Below, one piece after another: positions 28,567 through 38,469 of a stretch of 64,000 bases of DNA. The notes below the pieces were generated by a model, which was not told the origin of the DNA, did no database searches, and saw nothing but the letters and a program-made list of their open reading frames with translations. The DNA is from an uncultured Anaerolineales bacterium (lineage in GTDB: Bacteria; Chloroflexota; Anaerolineae; B4-G1), in assembly GCA_964528475.1 (NCBI GenBank), contig CAZGSX010000003.1:1681-65680 (forward strand), written 5' to 3'. A program made the translations under genes and the position numbers. Each line of letters opens with the position of its first letter. Positions within the stretch are counted from its first letter, which is position 1.

Positions 28567-29892
28567 ATGTTTGAAAGCTTAACCGAAAAGCTGCAGTCTG
28601 TCTTTAGAGATCTGGGCAACCGAGGGATCCTGCGCCAGGAAGACGTGGACGAGGTGCTGCGCGAGATCCGTTTGGCGCTGCTTGAAGCAGACGTCAATTA
28701 CAAGGTTGTCAAGGACTTCACGGCGCGTGTGAAGGAGCGCGCCGTGGGGGCCGAGGTGACGAGGAGCCTCAGCCCAGCTCAGCAGGTCATCAAGATCGTC
28801 CACGAGGAGCTGATCGAGACGCTCGGCGAACCTGGTCGTCTGCAGCTGGGGGGACCAGCGCCTTATGTCATCATGGTCGTCGGCCTGCAGGGCTCTGGTA
28901 AGACCACAACCGTCGCCAAGCTGGCTCAGCACCTGTCGAAGAAGGGGCGGCTACCCTTGATGGTGGCCGGTGACACCTATCGACCCGCAGCAGGAGAGCA
29001 GCTTCAAGTGCTGGGCCGCCAGCTGGACTTGCCAGTCTATGGAGAGCGAGAGAGCAGCCCGCCCGATATCTGCGCCCACGGCGTCGCCGAGGCGCGTCGT
29101 CGCGGCCGTGACGTGGTTATCCTGGACACGGCCGGCAGGCTGCAGATCAACGATGATATGATGTCCGAGCTTGAGGCGGTAAAAGAGGCGACAAATCCTG
29201 TTGAGACGCTTCTTGTCGCCGACGCCATGACGGGACAGGAGGCCGTGAACGTTGCGGAGGGTTTCGATCGCCGCATCGATCTGACTGGCCTCATCCTAAC
29301 CAAGGTCGACGGTGACGCACGCGGTGGGGCTGCCATCAGCATCCGTGCAGTGACCGGCGTGCCGATCAAGTTCCTGGGAACCGGGGAGAAGACGGATGCA
29401 TTGGAAGTCTTCCATCCCGACCGGCTCTCATCCCGAATCCTGGGCATGGGGGATGTACTGACGCTCATTGAGCGAGCCGAGCAGACGTTCGATGAAGAGC
29501 AAGCCAAGCAGATGGAGCGCAAGATCCGCGAGGCCAGCTTCGATCTCGAGGACTTCTTGGAACAGCTCCAGCAGGTGAAACAGATGGGACCGCTGACTCA
29601 GCTTCTGGATATGATCCCCGGCATGAGAGGCCTGTCCCAGCAGGTCTCCCCGGAGGCCACCGATGACCAGCTGAAGCATATTGAGGCTATGATCCTCTCG
29701 ATGACCCCTGAGGAGCGACGCAACCCGCGCATCATCAAGGGGAGCCGCAAGAAGCGCATCGCTGGGGGCAGCGGCACGTCAGTGCAAGAGATCAATATGC
29801 TCCTCAAGCAGTTCCGCCAGATGCAGCGCATGATGAAGCAACTGGGACAGGGACGCGGGGAGATGAAACGGATGATGCGAATGTTGGGATAG
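28567..29892 (+). CDS. ffh: Signal recognition particle protein Ffh (SRP54)
   Basis: N-domain, G-domain P-loop GLQGSGKTTTVAKLA, DTAGR, TKVDGDARGG. Met-rich M-domain (MRGLSQQ...MMKQLGQ...MKRMMRMLG). Confidence 0.95.
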   Translation: MFESLTEKLQSVFRDLGNRGILRQEDVDEVLREIRLALLEADVNYKVVKDFTARVKERAVGAEVTRSLSPAQQVIKIVHEELIETLGEPGRLQLGGPAPYVIMVVGLQGSGKTTTVAKLAQHLSKKGRLPLMVAGDTYRPAAGEQLQVLGRQLDLPVYGERESSPPDICAHGVAEARRRGRDVVILDTAGRLQINDDMMSELEAVKEATNPVETLLVADAMTGQEAVNVAEGFDRRIDLTGLILTKVDGDARGGAAISIRAVTGVPIKFLGTGEKTDALEVFHPDRLSSRILGMGDVLTLIERAEQTFDEEQAKQMERKIREASFDLEDFLEQLQQVKQMGPLTQLLDMIPGMRGLSQQVSPEATDDQLKHIEAMILSMTPEERRNPRIIKGSRKKRIAGGSGTSVQEINMLLKQFRQMQRMMKQLGQGRGEMKRMMRMLG

Positions 29893-30009
29893 GTAGGGAG
29901 GCCGGCAGAATGGCCGAGGGGCGACCCGATCTTGGAGCTTTAGAGATCCGCATCGACCACCATCCCAGCGCGCTTATCGCTACTATTAACCAATCTGAAC
30001 AGGAGGAGT

Positions 30010-30576
30010 ATGGTCAAAATTCGATTACGTCGAGTGGGCTCGAAGAAGCAGCCTAGTTTCCGGGTGGTCGTAGCGGACTCCCGGGCCCCGCGAGACGGTC
30101 GGTTCATTGAGGAGATCGGCTTCTATAATCCGCGCACCGAGCCAGAGACGCTCCGTGTCAAGGAGGAACGAGCCCTCCATTGGCTGAGCGTCGGGGCGCA
30201 GCCCACCGAGTCCGCGGCGCGACTACTGAGGACGTTGGGTACCCTGGACCGCTTCGAGCGCCTGCAACAGGGAGAACCCTTGGAGGAGTTACTGGCTGAA
30301 GCAGAGGCCGTGGAAGAGGAAGCGATGGAAGAGCCTGCGGTGGAAGAAGCACTGGAGGCCGAGGAGGAGGCCGAGGGCGCGGAGGATGTAGCCGAGCAGG
30401 CTGAGCCGGAAGAAACGTTGGAGCCCGAAGAGACTGAGCCAGAAGAACCAGCAGCAGAGGATGAGGCAGAAGAGACCGCTGAGCCACCTGAGCCAGCAAC
30501 GGAGGATGAGACGGAAGAGACCGCTGAGCCAGAAGAAGCCGAAGGGGCTCAAGAAGAAGACGAGCCACAGGAATAG
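30010..30576 (+). CDS. rpsP: 30S ribosomal protein S16 with ~100-aa poly-acidic (Glu/Ala/Pro) C-terminal extension
   Basis: [41 protein letters not shown] conserved S16 core. Tail contains a tandem 45-nt repeat ([15 protein letters not shown] / [15 protein letters not shown]). Confidence 0.9.
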   Translation: MVKIRLRRVGSKKQPSFRVVVADSRAPRDGRFIEEIGFYNPRTEPETLRVKEERALHWLSVGAQPTESAARLLRTLGTLDRFERLQQGEPLEELLAEAEAVEEEAMEEPAVEEALEAEEEAEGAEDVAEQAEPEETLEPEETEPEEPAAEDEAEETAEPPEPATEDETEETAEPEEAEGAQEEDEPQE

Positions 30577-30743
30577 CGGGACATCTGTCGCCGGTGGTGT
30601 CGATGTATCCCGCCCCAGTGTGACCATAGGAGCTTGAACCGAGACCTTCGGCCCGGGCTATACCTAGTCGTGGAACGCTCGCCCACTGCGTCTTCGCAAT
30701 CACACATCCGGCCACGTCATCATTTGGAAGGGGGAGAACAGCC

Positions 30744-30983
30744 ATGGCTTCATCAATGAAGGATTTGGTTGAGTACGTCGCCAAGGCAATCGTGGATGAA
30801 CCTGAACAGGTACACGTTTCGGAGATAGAGGGTGAGAATTCGATCATCCTTGAGCTTCGCGTGGGGCCCGATGATATGGGCCGCGTCATTGGCAAAGGCG
30901 GACGCACCGCGAATGCGATGCGCCGCCTGGTACGCGTCCTGGCTGCCAAGCAGGACAAGCATGCCAACCTGGAGATTGTCTAG
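30744..30983 (+). CDS. KH-domain RNA-binding protein (YlqC/UPF0109 family)
   Basis: IGKGGRTANAMRRLV KH GXXG loop; 79 aa; canonical position between rpsP and rimM. Confidence 0.85.
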   Translation: MASSMKDLVEYVAKAIVDEPEQVHVSEIEGENSIILELRVGPDDMGRVIGKGGRTANAMRRLVRVLAAKQDKHANLEIV

Positions 30984-31053
30984 ATCAAACCCATGATGGA
31001 TCATCACGCATGGCGGGCTGATGAACTGCACCCGCCCGTAGCGTCGGGATGAC

Positions 31054-31641
31054 ATGAACGAGAGCAAACCAGCAGGTGGCTACCAGCAAGGCTCAGGAGT
31101 AGGAAGAGATCCTGAGCCTTCGTATATCGTCGTGGGTCAAGTGCGCCGCCCGCACGGCATTGGCGGGGAGATACGGGTCGAGATCCTCACGGACTACCCA
31201 GAAAGACTGGTCCGGCACCCGTACCTCTATCTCGCGTATCCGCAGTCGCCCGACGATGTGGAGCGGTACCCCCTGGAGTCAGTGCGGCCCCACAAGGGTG
31301 TCTTTCTCATCAAGCTCGAGGGGATCGATGATCGGGATGCGGCAGAGGAGCTGCGCGGCATGCTGGTGCAAGTACCGTTGGAGGACGCTGTCCCTCTTGA
31401 GGAGGGCGAGTACTACCACTTCCAGCTTCTGGGGATGGACGTGACAACCGATAGCGGAGAGTGGCTTGGGCGGGTGGCCGACGTGGTGGCCGCTGGTGCC
31501 CACGATGTCTATGTGATCCACGGGCCGCGAGGCGAGATCCTCCTCCCAGCTGTCGAGGACGTCATTCTGGAACTGGACACGGAGAGCGGGAAGATGATGG
31601 TCCATCTGCTCCCTGGGATGGTCGAGGAGAGTGAGGCGTGA
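31054..31641 (+). CDS. rimM: Ribosome maturation factor RimM
   Basis: VGQVRRPHGIGGEIRVEILTDYPERL N-terminal RimM domain; C-terminal PRC barrel; gene order rpsP-KH-rimM. Confidence 0.85.
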   Translation: MNESKPAGGYQQGSGVGRDPEPSYIVVGQVRRPHGIGGEIRVEILTDYPERLVRHPYLYLAYPQSPDDVERYPLESVRPHKGVFLIKLEGIDDRDAAEELRGMLVQVPLEDAVPLEEGEYYHFQLLGMDVTTDSGEWLGRVADVVAAGAHDVYVIHGPRGEILLPAVEDVILELDTESGKMMVHLLPGMVEESEA

Positions 31642-32747
31642 GCGACTTGCGCTATTGGGTAGGGTTCAACGAGGTTCGCGGCATTGGCCCCCTCAGACTG
31701 CGTGCACTGCTGGACCACTACGGGAGCATCGAGCGGGCTTGGCAAGCCTCGCCTGGAGGGCTGCGCAGCGTTGGCGTCGATGGCCGGACGGTGAAAAACC
31801 TGCAGAAGGTCCGCTCCGAGATGGATCTCGGCCAGAAGCTGCAGCAGATAGAGGCCGCTGGCGCACACGTGCTGACATGGGACAGCCCAGACTATCCGCC
31901 TCTCTTGCTCGAGACCTACGCACCGCCACCCGTCCTCTACGTCAAGGGGGAGCTTCAGAAGCAGGACGCCTGGGCAGTTGCCGTGGTCGGCACCCGCCGG
32001 GCCTCAACGTATGGTCGTGAGGTCACGCGTCGTCTAGCTGATGCCCTAGCCCGCAACGGCGTCACCGTAGTCAGCGGTCTGGCCCGTGGGATTGACGGTG
32101 TCGCTCACCGTGCGGCACTGGAGGCAGGGGGGCGCACCATCGCAGTATTTGGCTGCGGCATCGACACAATCTACCCCGCTGAACATCGGCAGCTGGCTGA
32201 GCAGATCGTTGCTCAGGGGGCCCTCGTCAGCGACTATCCGTTGGGCACCCGGCCTGAGGGCAGGAACTTCCCGCCGCGGAATCGCATCATCAGCGGCCTT
32301 AGCCTGGGCGTGCTGGTGACGAACGCTGGCAAGTCCAGCGGCGCCCTGATCACGGCCGACTTTGCCGCTGAGCAAGGGCGGGACGTATTCGCCGTCCCAG
32401 GCAGCATACTCACGCAGGGTAGCGTGGGGCCGAATCACCTGATCCAGGACGGCGCCAAGCTCGTCATCCGGGCCGAGGATATTCTTGAGGAACTTAATCT
32501 GACCATGGTCGCCGAGCAGAAACAAGCTCGGCTGGCCTTGCCAGAAGACGAGACGGAGGCAGCGCTACTGAAGCACCTCTCCTCGGACCCCACCCACGTC
32601 GATGAACTCCAGCAGCAGATCGCTCTGCCGATCTCCCAGGTGACCAGCACCCTGGCGATGATGGAGTTGAAGGGCATGGTCCGGCAGGTGGGCGGCATGC
32701 AATACGTCATCGCCCGGGAACCGGGGGTATCATACGTTGTAGAGTGA
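31638..32747 (+). CDS. dprA: DNA processing protein DprA (Smf)
   Basis: Rossmann-like core VVGTRRASTYGREVTRRLADALARNGVTVVSGLARGIDGVAHRAALEAGGRTIAVFGCGID; C-terminal winged helix. Confidence 0.85.
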   Translation: MSDLRYWVGFNEVRGIGPLRLRALLDHYGSIERAWQASPGGLRSVGVDGRTVKNLQKVRSEMDLGQKLQQIEAAGAHVLTWDSPDYPPLLLETYAPPPVLYVKGELQKQDAWAVAVVGTRRASTYGREVTRRLADALARNGVTVVSGLARGIDGVAHRAALEAGGRTIAVFGCGIDTIYPAEHRQLAEQIVAQGALVSDYPLGTRPEGRNFPPRNRIISGLSLGVLVTNAGKSSGALITADFAAEQGRDVFAVPGSILTQGSVGPNHLIQDGAKLVIRAEDILEELNLTMVAEQKQARLALPEDETEAALLKHLSSDPTHVDELQQQIALPISQVTSTLAMMELKGMVRQVGGMQYVIAREPGVSYVVE

Positions 32748-32840
32748 GAAGAGGGATGAACAGCCCTCGATCTCCGCGAGCACGCCCCAGCTGCACCTGC
32801 CTGGCGGCAATTTCATTCGCATTTTGAGAGGGAAACCACT

Positions 32841-33926
32841 ATGGCATTCTATGCACTAATCATGGCGGGTGGCACAGGGACAAGGCTTTGGCCAGCCAGC
32901 CGCCGAGATCGGCCCAAACAATCGCTCAAGCTGGTTGGCAAACGTACCATGTTTGAGCATACGGTGGATCGAATCGCTCCCCTCCTTCTACCGGATCAGA
33001 TGTTCGTGGTCGCGGGGGGTGAACACGTCCCGGATCTAGCGGATCAGGCGCCGGAGCTGCCAGAGGAGAACTTCATCGTCGAGCCAGTAGGCCGCGGCAC
33101 GGCGCCAGCCATCGGGCTTGGCGCCATCCATCTGCGCCGCAGGGATCCCAATGCGGTGATGGCGGTGCTCACCGCGGATCATTTCATCGCCGACGTCGAG
33201 CGCTTCCGATCGGTGCTTGAGGCCGCAGCGAAGGTTGCGGGCCAGGGCCACCTGGTGACGTTGGGGGTGGAGCCCTCCGCGGCGTCGACTGGATACGGCT
33301 ACATTCAGCGAGGCGAGCCCTTAGATCCTGTCGACGGTTTCCACGTCTTCCGGGTGGCACGCTTCACGGAGAAGCCAGACCAGGAGACAGCCGAGCGCAT
33401 GGTGGAAAGCGGTGACTACACATGGAACAGTGGCATGTTTATCTGGAGCGTGGAGCGGATCATTGAGGAGTTTCAGAAGCAGATGCCCGACTTCTACGTC
33501 AAGCTTGCGGAGTTGCAAGCAGTACTGGGAACGAACGGCTACCGGCCCACCCTGGAGCGCGTCTGGCCACAAGTCACCAAGCAAGCCATCGATTATGGCG
33601 TGATGGAGGGCGCCGAGGACGTCGTGGTCATCCCCGTCGACATTGGTTGGTCCGACATAGGAAGCTGGGGCAGCCTCGCGGATCTGCTGGCACGGATGGA
33701 GAACGAGGATAGCGAAGGGAATGTTGTCGTCGGCCAGCACGTGGGTATCGACACCAGGAGCTCAATGGTGTTTGGTGAGGATCGGCTGATCGCCACCATT
33801 GGGGTGGAGAATATGGTCATCGTGGATGCAGGGGATGCGATCCTGGTTTGCCCGATCGAGCGCGAACAGGAGGTCCGAGATCTGGTCCGCCGTCTTGAGC
33901 AAGAGGAGTTGAATCAGTACCTGTAG
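32841..33926 (+). CDS. Mannose-1-phosphate guanylyltransferase (nucleotidyltransferase domain only)
   Basis: MAFYALIMAGGTGTRLWPASRRDRPKQ sugar-nucleotidyltransferase signature; about 360 aa; no isomerase domain. Confidence 0.85.
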   Translation: MAFYALIMAGGTGTRLWPASRRDRPKQSLKLVGKRTMFEHTVDRIAPLLLPDQMFVVAGGEHVPDLADQAPELPEENFIVEPVGRGTAPAIGLGAIHLRRRDPNAVMAVLTADHFIADVERFRSVLEAAAKVAGQGHLVTLGVEPSAASTGYGYIQRGEPLDPVDGFHVFRVARFTEKPDQETAERMVESGDYTWNSGMFIWSVERIIEEFQKQMPDFYVKLAELQAVLGTNGYRPTLERVWPQVTKQAIDYGVMEGAEDVVVIPVDIGWSDIGSWGSLADLLARMENEDSEGNVVVGQHVGIDTRSSMVFGEDRLIATIGVENMVIVDAGDAILVCPIEREQEVRDLVRRLEQEELNQYL

Positions 33927-34047
33927 ACTCACCCAGCCGGGTTCCTGGTGACTTCTGAGGCCCTCTTGCGGAACACAGGTTCCAAGAGGGTCTCGTTGGG
34001 TTGAGGTTAGTGAGATATCAAATGACATTATTGCCGAAGGTTGGACT

Positions 34048-36423
34048 ATGAAAGCTTATTGTGTCAAATGCAAGGCCAAGCGAGAGATGGAAAGCCCCGA
34101 GCCAGTCTACACGAATAGGGGTGCGCCGGCTACGAAGGGTGTCTGCCCCGAGTGCGGCACGAAGCTGTTCCGAATGGGCCGCACTCCAGCTCACGAGGGT
34201 TTGGATCCGGACGAGCACACCGTGATGTCAAAGGCCCGAGCCAGGCGCGAAAAGCAACCCGGTCTGGTCATTGTGGAGTCGCCAGCCAAGGCGCGGACCG
34301 TCAATCGTTTCTTGGGCGACGACTACAGTGTTCGAGCATCGGTGGGTCACATACGTGACTTGCCCTCCAACCGGATGGGAGTCGACATCGATCGGGGCTT
34401 CGAGCCGCACTACGTCGTCCCCACGAAACGGAAGGACGTAGTACGGGAGCTCAAGGACGCCGTTAAGGAATCATCTGAGCTCTATCTGGCGACCGATCCG
34501 GACCGGGAGGGGGAGGCCATCTCCTGGCATCTCCTTGAGGTATTGGATCCCGTGATCCGGTGGCGTCCGGTCCATCGGGTCGAGTTCCATGAGATCACAG
34601 ATGAGGCGATTGAACACGCCTTTACCCATCCTCGTGAGATAGACATGCGTCGGGTGGATGCTCAGCAGGCGCGCCGGATCCTTGACCGCATTGTGGGATA
34701 CACCATCAGCCCGCTGCTGCGCGATAAGTTGGGACGACGCGGGCTCTCTGCCGGACGCGTCCAGTCGGTTGCCTTGCGGCTGGCAGTGCAGCGAGAGCGT
34801 GACATTGAGGTCTTCGTGCCGCTTGAGTATTGGTCTCTAGAGGCGGAGCTGGCGAAGACGGAGCCCGAGCCGGGCTATCCGGCCAGCTTCCTCGCCAAAC
34901 TACACCGTATTCGCGGTGAGGAAGTTGATCTCCACGGGGAAGACGACGTTCAAGCAGTGGTGGACGAGCTCGAGCAGGCGACGTATTCGGTGATCAGCGT
35001 GAAGGAGGGACAGCGCCGACGGAGGCCGTATGCTCCTTTCACCACCAGCACGATGCAGCAGCAGGCATCCTACAAACTAGGCTACACCACGCGGCGCACG
35101 ATGGCCGTCGCCCAGCAACTATACGAGGGTGTCGATCTGGGAGACGGGCCTGTCGGTCTGATCACGTATATGCGGACGGACAGCACGAACGTCGCTGAGC
35201 AAGCGCAAGCCAACACGCGACAGTTCATAGCCGACGAGTACGGTGAGGACTATCTGCCCCCGGAGCCCCCGCGGTACAAGACCAAGTCGAAAGCCGCGCA
35301 GGAGGCCCACGAGGCGATCCGTCCCACCAGTGTCTTTCGAACGCCGGAATCGCTGAAAAAGGTCCTGGATCGGAACCAGTACCAGCTCTACGAACTGATC
35401 TGGCGCCGGTTCGTGGCCAGTCAAATGACGCCCGCTATCTACGATACCATTGCCGCGGAGATCATTGCCGGGCCTTCCACGAATGAGGAGGAATGCCCTT
35501 ACCTCTTCCGCGCGAGCGGATCGACGCTCCGCTTCGCCGGATTCCTCATCGTGTACGAGGAGGAAAGGGACGAAGACGACGAGACCCCCGAGGAACGAAA
35601 ACGGGAGGAAATCCCGCCCCTGTCGGTGGACGAGCTGCTTGAGATGCTGCAACTGCTCCCGGCGCAGCACTTCACCCAAGCCCCGCCGCGTTACTCCGAG
35701 GCGACCCTGGTCCGCGATCTTGAGGAATATGGCATTGGCCGCCCAAGTACGTATGCTCCTATCCTATCCAAGATCCAGGAGCGCGGCTACGTGGAGCGAC
35801 GGGGAAAACGTCTCTATGCCACCGAAATCGGGATGATCGTCAACGACCTGCTTGTTGAGTACTTCCCCGACTATGTGGACATCATGTTCACGGCGCAGAT
35901 GGAGGAGGAACTCGACCTTATCGCCACTGGCGAGCGGGAGTGGGTGCCCATCCTCGAGTCCTTCTACGAACCCTTTGCAGAAGCGCTCGCCGAGGCACAA
36001 GATCGAATGCCTGAAGTGGACATCAATAGCCAACCCACCGGGGAGATGTGCCCGGAGTGCGGCAGCCCTCTCGTGTATCGCTATGGGCGTTATGGCAAGT
36101 TCATTGGCTGCAGCAACTTCCCCGACTGCCGCTTCAGCAAGCCGATCCTAGTCAAGACGGGAGCCAAATGCCCGCAGTGCGGCGGGGACCTGGTAGAGAA
36201 GAAGACTCGGCGGGGACGTACATTCTACGGGTGTGCGAACTACGACCCTGCTAACCCTGAGTCGTGTGATTTCGCGGTGTGGAAGCGACCGCTACCGCAA
36301 CCGTGCCCAGAGTGCGGAGGTTTGTTGCTGGAGGTACGCCAGGGATGGGCCAAGTGCGAAGCGTGTGAGCAGGAGTTCGAGATGGCGGACTTACCGGAGA
36401 AAGTCGACGAGTCAGGCTCGTGA
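34048..36423 (+). CDS. topA: DNA topoisomerase I with extra N-terminal C4 zinc-ribbon extension and three C-terminal zinc ribbons
   Basis: N-terminal CVKC...CPEC ribbon (aa 5-38). Toprim (LVIVESPAKARTV...DPDREGE). Catalytic Tyr region (ITYMRTDS). C-terminal CPECG/CPQCG/CPECG ribbons. Alternative start at internal Met (MSKARARRE). Confidence 0.95.
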   Translation: MKAYCVKCKAKREMESPEPVYTNRGAPATKGVCPECGTKLFRMGRTPAHEGLDPDEHTVMSKARARREKQPGLVIVESPAKARTVNRFLGDDYSVRASVGHIRDLPSNRMGVDIDRGFEPHYVVPTKRKDVVRELKDAVKESSELYLATDPDREGEAISWHLLEVLDPVIRWRPVHRVEFHEITDEAIEHAFTHPREIDMRRVDAQQARRILDRIVGYTISPLLRDKLGRRGLSAGRVQSVALRLAVQRERDIEVFVPLEYWSLEAELAKTEPEPGYPASFLAKLHRIRGEEVDLHGEDDVQAVVDELEQATYSVISVKEGQRRRRPYAPFTTSTMQQQASYKLGYTTRRTMAVAQQLYEGVDLGDGPVGLITYMRTDSTNVAEQAQANTRQFIADEYGEDYLPPEPPRYKTKSKAAQEAHEAIRPTSVFRTPESLKKVLDRNQYQLYELIWRRFVASQMTPAIYDTIAAEIIAGPSTNEEECPYLFRASGSTLRFAGFLIVYEEERDEDDETPEERKREEIPPLSVDELLEMLQLLPAQHFTQAPPRYSEATLVRDLEEYGIGRPSTYAPILSKIQERGYVERRGKRLYATEIGMIVNDLLVEYFPDYVDIMFTAQMEEELDLIATGEREWVPILESFYEPFAEALAEAQDRMPEVDINSQPTGEMCPECGSPLVYRYGRYGKFIGCSNFPDCRFSKPILVKTGAKCPQCGGDLVEKKTRRGRTFYGCANYDPANPESCDFAVWKRPLPQPCPECGGLLLEVRQGWAKCEACEQEFEMADLPEKVDESGS

Positions 36424-36524
36424 CGAAGGCTTGAGTGCCCTGAACGCGTTCGTTGGTCGTGGACCCGGCGTGATTTGTCCTATAGTCAACTCTGTGATAC
36501 ACTAGTCCGGCACCAAAGCGGCCG

Positions 36525-37619
36525 GTGAGATGCCCCGCTTGGCAGTGTCTTCAAGCAGGCTACATAGGCCAGGGGGTGAACATGACCATGCAATTCTTTC
36601 GGGAGCGCCAGGTTCCAGTGGCCGCGATCGGCGGCATCGTAGTTGGTCTGCTTCTTGGTCTGGCCGTGGGCTGGGGATTGTGGCCTGTTCAATGGACCAA
36701 CGCCACACCTGCGCAGCTTCGGTCTGACTTCCAGGAAAGCTATATCCTCCTGGTTGCCAACGAATACGCAGAAACGGGCGACCTGGAACGGGCACGCGAG
36801 AGGCTGGGTGTGACGTTCTGGGAAGGCGAGGAGCTCAGCCAGGCACTTCAGCGGGTAGAACAAGCCGAGGACGGACAGACTGCGCTTGACGTGCGCAGAC
36901 TGGCGCGGGATGTGGAAGCAGGAGCTTCAACCCCGGTCGACGAACCGTCAGAGGGCTTGGTTTCCAGGCTGCGCCCACTCACCCTGGTGTGCGGCATCGG
37001 GCTGCTGGTGGTGGCTCTGGTCGGAGGAGGCCTGTTCCTCTACTCGCGTCTGACCGAAACTCGTACGGCCCCGGTAGCGATAAAAGGTGAGAGGCGCCCA
37101 AGCCCGGCAGAGGAGACCGTTGCGGAGAAGGTCGCCTGGCAGGGTCAGTCGCCGAATGCGCAGTTCATCACCACATACGCGCATGGCGATATCCACTATG
37201 ATCCCTCCTTCAGTATCGAGCTGGAGAATGGCGAGTTCATGGGTGAGTGCGGGGTCGGCATCTCCGAAGTCATCGGTGCTGGTGATCCCGACAAGGCCAC
37301 AGCCCTTGAAGCCTGGCTGTTCGACAAGAACGATATCCGCACAGTCACGAAGGTGCTCATGTCCAAGTACGCCTTCAACGACGAGGCACTCCGCACCAAA
37401 CTCGCCCCCAAAGGGGAACCGGTGCTCGTCGAGGAGGACAAGGATGTGATTTTGGAGACGAAGGTGCTGCGCTTGCGCGCCCACATCGTGGAGGTGGTCT
37501 ACGGGGACGGAGATATGCCACCTGAGAGCTTCTTCGAGAAGCTGACAGTGGAGCTGGCTGCTTGGGTCAAACCTGACGCCCAGGACGCCGAGGCCCGCGT
37601 CCCAGTCTCTGCTCCTTGA
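36525..37619 (+). CDS. Hypothetical membrane-anchored protein (two TM segments); probable start ATG at 36582 (MTMQFF)
   Basis: TM helices VAAIGGIVVGLLLGLAVGWGLW and LVCGIGLLVVALVGGGLFLY; no recognised domain. Confidence 0.5.
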   Translation: MRCPAWQCLQAGYIGQGVNMTMQFFRERQVPVAAIGGIVVGLLLGLAVGWGLWPVQWTNATPAQLRSDFQESYILLVANEYAETGDLERARERLGVTFWEGEELSQALQRVEQAEDGQTALDVRRLARDVEAGASTPVDEPSEGLVSRLRPLTLVCGIGLLVVALVGGGLFLYSRLTETRTAPVAIKGERRPSPAEETVAEKVAWQGQSPNAQFITTYAHGDIHYDPSFSIELENGEFMGECGVGISEVIGAGDPDKATALEAWLFDKNDIRTVTKVLMSKYAFNDEALRTKLAPKGEPVLVEEDKDVILETKVLRLRAHIVEVVYGDGDMPPESFFEKLTVELAAWVKPDAQDAEARVPVSAP

Positions 37620-37722
37620 CAGTGTTGACTAGATTGGCTCTGCTCCTCTTTCTGACCGCCGGCAAGACAGGTGTCGATCGACTGGCGCATTGAGAAGCAG
37701 GACGTACTGAGCCATCTTCCGA

Positions 37723-38469
37723 ATGGACGCTGAGCACGAGAACAATCGCGACAAGAGGCATCCCCCGGAACCCCGTCTGCGGACACGCAGCGGGGTTCTT
37801 CCATGGATGCGCAGTATCGAGGGTGTGCGGCAGCATGTCCTGCATCGCTTCTTCCAGCTGCTCTATAACGAACTCGCAGGGTGCTACGACCTTGTGGCCT
37901 GGGCAGCATCGCAGGGCCGCTGGCGAGCTTGGAGGCGGGCGGCTCTGCGCCATCTGGCGGGTAAGAGCGTTCTAGAGCTAGGACACGGGTCTGGACATCT
38001 GCTGGTGGAGCTTGATCACCAAGGCTTTGTGCCTGTGGGGCTTGACGCCTCGCCCTTCATGGCCCGGCAGGCCAAACGACGGCTCCACAGTCAAGCCGTC
38101 CATGTCCCTCTCGTGCAAGCACGGGCTCAAGCCCTGCCGTTTCTGGGGGAGGCCTTCGATAGCGTGGTGGCCACCTTTCCCACCGACTTCATCATCTACC
38201 CACAGACATTGAGGGAAGTGGTTCGTGTCTTAAGACCCAGGGGGCGCCTCGTTGTCGTCCTGGGAGCGTCGTTTGTGGGCAGGGGCCCCATTTCGGGGCT
38301 TCTACGGTGGGTCTATCGGGCCACGGGGCAGGAGCCCGCGTCCGCCGACTTGATGATACCCCAGTTGGAACGCGCAGGTCTCTCGCCGCGCTTGATCTCA
38401 AGGCGGGTAGATCACACCGCCGTGGTGCTCCTGATTGCAGAAAGGCATGTTGAGAGGGGCTCTGCCTGA
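37723..38469 (+). CDS. Class I SAM-dependent methyltransferase
   Basis: Motif I VLELGHGSGHL, post-I DAS, motif II-like region; about 250 aa. Confidence 0.75.
   Translation: MDAEHENNRDKRHPPEPRLRTRSGVLPWMRSIEGVRQHVLHRFFQLLYNELAGCYDLVAWAASQGRWRAWRRAALRHLAGKSVLELGHGSGHLLVELDHQGFVPVGLDASPFMARQAKRRLHSQAVHVPLVQARAQALPFLGEAFDSVVATFPTDFIIYPQTLREVVRVLRPRGRLVVVLGASFVGRGPISGLLRWVYRATGQEPASADLMIPQLERAGLSPRLISRRVDHTAVVLLIAERHVERGSA

Noticed and set aside
30158-30967. 269-aa minus-strand ORF across rpsP tail and KH gene
   Set aside because: Antisense to two well-supported genes. Arises from the poly-acidic repeat DNA.
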